A stretch of DNA of 64,000 nt from an uncultured Planctomycetia bacterium. Its GTDB lineage: Bacteria; Omnitrophota; Gorgyraeia; Tantalellales; Tantalellaceae. Each line of letters opens with the position of its first letter. Positions within the stretch are counted from its first letter, which is position 1. The notes under the pieces were generated by a model. The model was given only the letters and a program-made list of their open reading frames with translations. It was not told the origin of the DNA and made no database searches. Position numbers and translations under genes: made by a program. Positions 61,781 to 64,000 of this stretch are shown here, piece by piece. The stretch is taken from positions 4,398 through 68,397 of the forward strand of contig CAZGOZ010000001.1 of assembly GCA_964528025.1 (NCBI GenBank), read 5' to 3'.

Positions 61781-63809
61781 TTTTCCCTTCCTCTAATGTT
61801 TTCCGAAGTTCCGCAATCTGATCACGAAAGAATATTGCCTTTTCAAACTGCAGATTCCTCGCCGCCTTTTCCATTTCTCCTTCCAACTCGGACATGACTT
61901 CAAGAATATCATATTCTGCGTCACTTTCACCGGTAACTTCTTGCGTTATCTCTCGCGCAAGTTTATGGGTTTCTATTCCACCTTTTATCTCATTCCTGAT
62001 CGTTGCCGGCGTGATAGAGTTTTCCTCATTGAACACAAGCTGTTTTTTTCTGCGCGCATCCGTGATATCAATGGTTTTTCTCATTGAATCGGTTATACGA
62101 TCGGCATAGAGCAGCACCGTGCCGTTCACGTTTCTCGCTGCCCTGCCGGCCACCTGTATGAGCGCCGTCCAACTGCGCAGAAAACCCTCTTTATCGGCGT
62201 CAAGAACCGCCACGAGAGATACCTCCGGTATATCCAGTCCTTCCCGGAGCAGGTTAATTCCGACTAAACAATCAAATTTCCCCCGTCTTAGATCTCTCAA
62301 TATCTCCACCCGGTCAAGCGCTTTTATCTCCGAATGAAGATACCTAACCCTCAGCTTCAACTCCGAAAGAAATCGCGCAAGTTCCTCTGCCATTCTCTTT
62401 GTCAGCGTGGTCACGAGAGACCTCTCGCCCTTGGCGGCGCGTTTGCGAATCTCCTCCGCCAGATCATAGACCTGACCTTCCGTCGGCCGCACCGTAATCG
62501 GCGGATCAAGCAATCCCGTCGGCCGTATAATCTGTTCCGCCATGACCGGGCTTCTTGAAATCTCATACTCACTCGGCGTGGCCGAAACAAAGAGAATCTG
62601 TTTTGACTTTTCCATGAATTCCTCAAACTTCAGAGGCCTGTTGTCCAGAGCGGAAGGCAGACGAAACCCGTAATCCACGAGTGTCTGTTTGCGCGCGCGA
62701 TCCCCGTTATACATCGCGCGCAGCTGAGGAAGGGCCACATGGGATTCGTCTATGATAACCAGAAAATCATCGCCAAAATAATCAAGCAGACACCACGGAC
62801 GGCTTCCGGGGGGCCTGGCCGAAATATGCCGCGAATAGTTCTCAATACCGTTACAATATCCCAACTCGCTCAGCATATCCAGATCATACCTCGTACGCGT
62901 CCCAAGCCGCTGAGCCTCCAGAAACTTCTCTTCTTTCTTAAGTTCGTGAAGACGTTCTTCCAGCTCCGAGGATATCGTTTTTACGGCTTTTTTTATCCTG
63001 TCCGGGCCGGTAACGAAATGCTTTGCGGGATAAACAGCTACTTTATCAAGAGCAGCAAGTATATCCCCCGATACCGGATGTATCTCGGATATACGCGTAA
63101 CCACATCATCGGAAAATTCTATCCGGAAAGCCGTTTGTTTATATGCCGGAAACACCTCAACCGTCCCACCGCGGACCCGGAACATGCTGCGCTGAAGATC
63201 CGTATCGTTGCGCGTATACTGAATCGCTACCAGTTTTTCAAGAAACTCCCTTCTGGTCATCCGTTGGGACAGTTCCACCCGCGCCAGCATTGTTGAATAG
63301 TCCTCCGGCGAACCGAGACCATAAATGCATGAAACACTTGCCACCACCAGAACATCGCTTCGTGAAAAAAGAGAACTCGTCGTTGAAAGCCGCAGGCGGT
63401 CAATGTCCTCGTTGATTGAAGAGTCCTTCTCTATATACACGTCGGTCTGTGGAACATATGCCTCCGGCTGATAATAATCGTAGTAACTAACAAAATACTC
63501 AACGGCATTCCGCGGAAAAAACGCCTTGAATTCCGAGTAAAGCTGCGCCGCGAGCGTCTTATTATGAGAAATAACCAGAGTGGGCCTGTTAAGCTGTTCC
63601 ACGATGTTGCCCATCGTGAAGGTCTTACCGCTGCCAGTAACTCCCTGAAGGGTCTGAAAAGGGTTCTTTTTTCGGATAGAAGCGGTAATCTTCTTGATTG
63701 CATCCGGCTGATCCCCCGCCGGTTTCAAGTTGGTTATAAGTTGGAATTTTTCCATTGGATTAAAATTAAAAGACGCAGGGCGGGGAAACCCCGCCCCTAC
63801 ATGTTTCAT
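61773..63809 (-). CDS. uvrB: Excinuclease ABC subunit B
   Basis: GVTGSGKTF Walker A; 678 aa. Confidence 0.9.
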   Translation of the reverse strand: MKHVGAGFPRPASFNFNPMEKFQLITNLKPAGDQPDAIKKITASIRKKNPFQTLQGVTGSGKTFTMGNIVEQLNRPTLVISHNKTLAAQLYSEFKAFFPRNAVEYFVSYYDYYQPEAYVPQTDVYIEKDSSINEDIDRLRLSTTSSLFSRSDVLVVASVSCIYGLGSPEDYSTMLARVELSQRMTRREFLEKLVAIQYTRNDTDLQRSMFRVRGGTVEVFPAYKQTAFRIEFSDDVVTRISEIHPVSGDILAALDKVAVYPAKHFVTGPDRIKKAVKTISSELEERLHELKKEEKFLEAQRLGTRTRYDLDMLSELGYCNGIENYSRHISARPPGSRPWCLLDYFGDDFLVIIDESHVALPQLRAMYNGDRARKQTLVDYGFRLPSALDNRPLKFEEFMEKSKQILFVSATPSEYEISRSPVMAEQIIRPTGLLDPPITVRPTEGQVYDLAEEIRKRAAKGERSLVTTLTKRMAEELARFLSELKLRVRYLHSEIKALDRVEILRDLRRGKFDCLVGINLLREGLDIPEVSLVAVLDADKEGFLRSWTALIQVAGRAARNVNGTVLLYADRITDSMRKTIDITDARRKKQLVFNEENSITPATIRNEIKGGIETHKLAREITQEVTGESDAEYDILEVMSELEGEMEKAARNLQFEKAIFFRDQIAELRKTLEEGKNE

Positions 63810-63840
63810 CCTTCGTTTCGGGCGGGCACAAGGCCCGCCC
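63785..63840 (+). terminator. Two tandem GGGCGGG hairpins (family D) immediately after the nadC stop
   Basis: gggcggggaaaccccgcccctac ... cgtttcgggcgggcacaaggcccgcccctac. The second is a 31 bp exact copy of 3968-3998. Confidence 0.5.
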
Positions 63841-64000
63841 CTACATTATTTCTAAACTGAAATCAAGCGGTGATATGGTGGAAGTCAGGGCACCGATTGA
63901 GATGATATCAACGCCTGTTTTCGCGTAACTCTTGATGTTTTTATTTGTAATGCCTCCCGAGGCCTCGTATAGCACTTTTTTTGCGAGACCCATCTTTTGC
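63841..64000 (-). CDS. nadC: Nicotinate-nucleotide pyrophosphorylase (C-terminal fragment; gene continues off window)
   Basis: The hand-translated end is ...GLAKKVLYEASGGITNKNIKSYAKTGVDIISIGALTSTISPLDFSLEIM with stop TAG at 63843-63841. Not in the ORF track. Confidence 0.6.
   Translation of the reverse strand, partial: QKMGLAKKVLYEASGGITNKNIKSYAKTGVDIISIGALTSTISPLDFSLEIM

Overview
The window is a bacterial chromosomal segment of roughly 48-50% GC in which nearly every gene is on the minus strand. Its core, 8.7-41.9 kb, is a contiguous ribosomal and transcription super-operon. Read in the direction of transcription it runs: tRNA-Thr, tuf, rpmG, tRNA-Trp, secE, nusG, rplKAJL, rpoBC, rpsL, rpsG, fusA, tuf (second copy), then the S10 cluster (rpsJ to rpsQ), the spc cluster (rplN to secY, with adk, map, infA, rpmJ), then rpsM, rpsK, rpsD, rpoA, rplQ. 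The two tuf copies appear nucleotide-identical and rpmD (L30) is absent. Left of the super-operon are mutS, mutL and nth. Left of those is a giant secreted protein, over 999 aa and running off the window, with an embedded adenylate-kinase domain. The ORF track omits it because it has no in-window stop. Right of the super-operon are a tRNA cluster and a STAS / receiver / PilZ signalling cluster. Next comes an AT-rich accessory island at about 44.8-52.2 kb. It carries a Phd/Doc toxin-antitoxin pair, a 1381-aa protein with a predicted signal/TM anchor plus nucleotidyltransferase and HAD-phosphatase domains, and an RHH regulator with a DUF3800-like protein. Three direct-repeat clusters of an rTGTCCCC motif punctuate the island, which ends at tRNA-Tyr and tRNA-Thr. 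The right end is housekeeping: nnrD, acpS, pdxJ, cdaR, cdaA, folP, ftsH, tilS, queH, an SDR epimerase, SemiSWEET, uvrB, and a partial nadC that runs off the window. Several families of palindromic intergenic repeats recur, including inside the ribosomal operons; these are described in the findings. Features found by hand and missing from the ORF track are rpmJ, rpmG, six tRNA loci and the two edge-truncated CDSs. No rRNA, CRISPR array or transposase was recognised.
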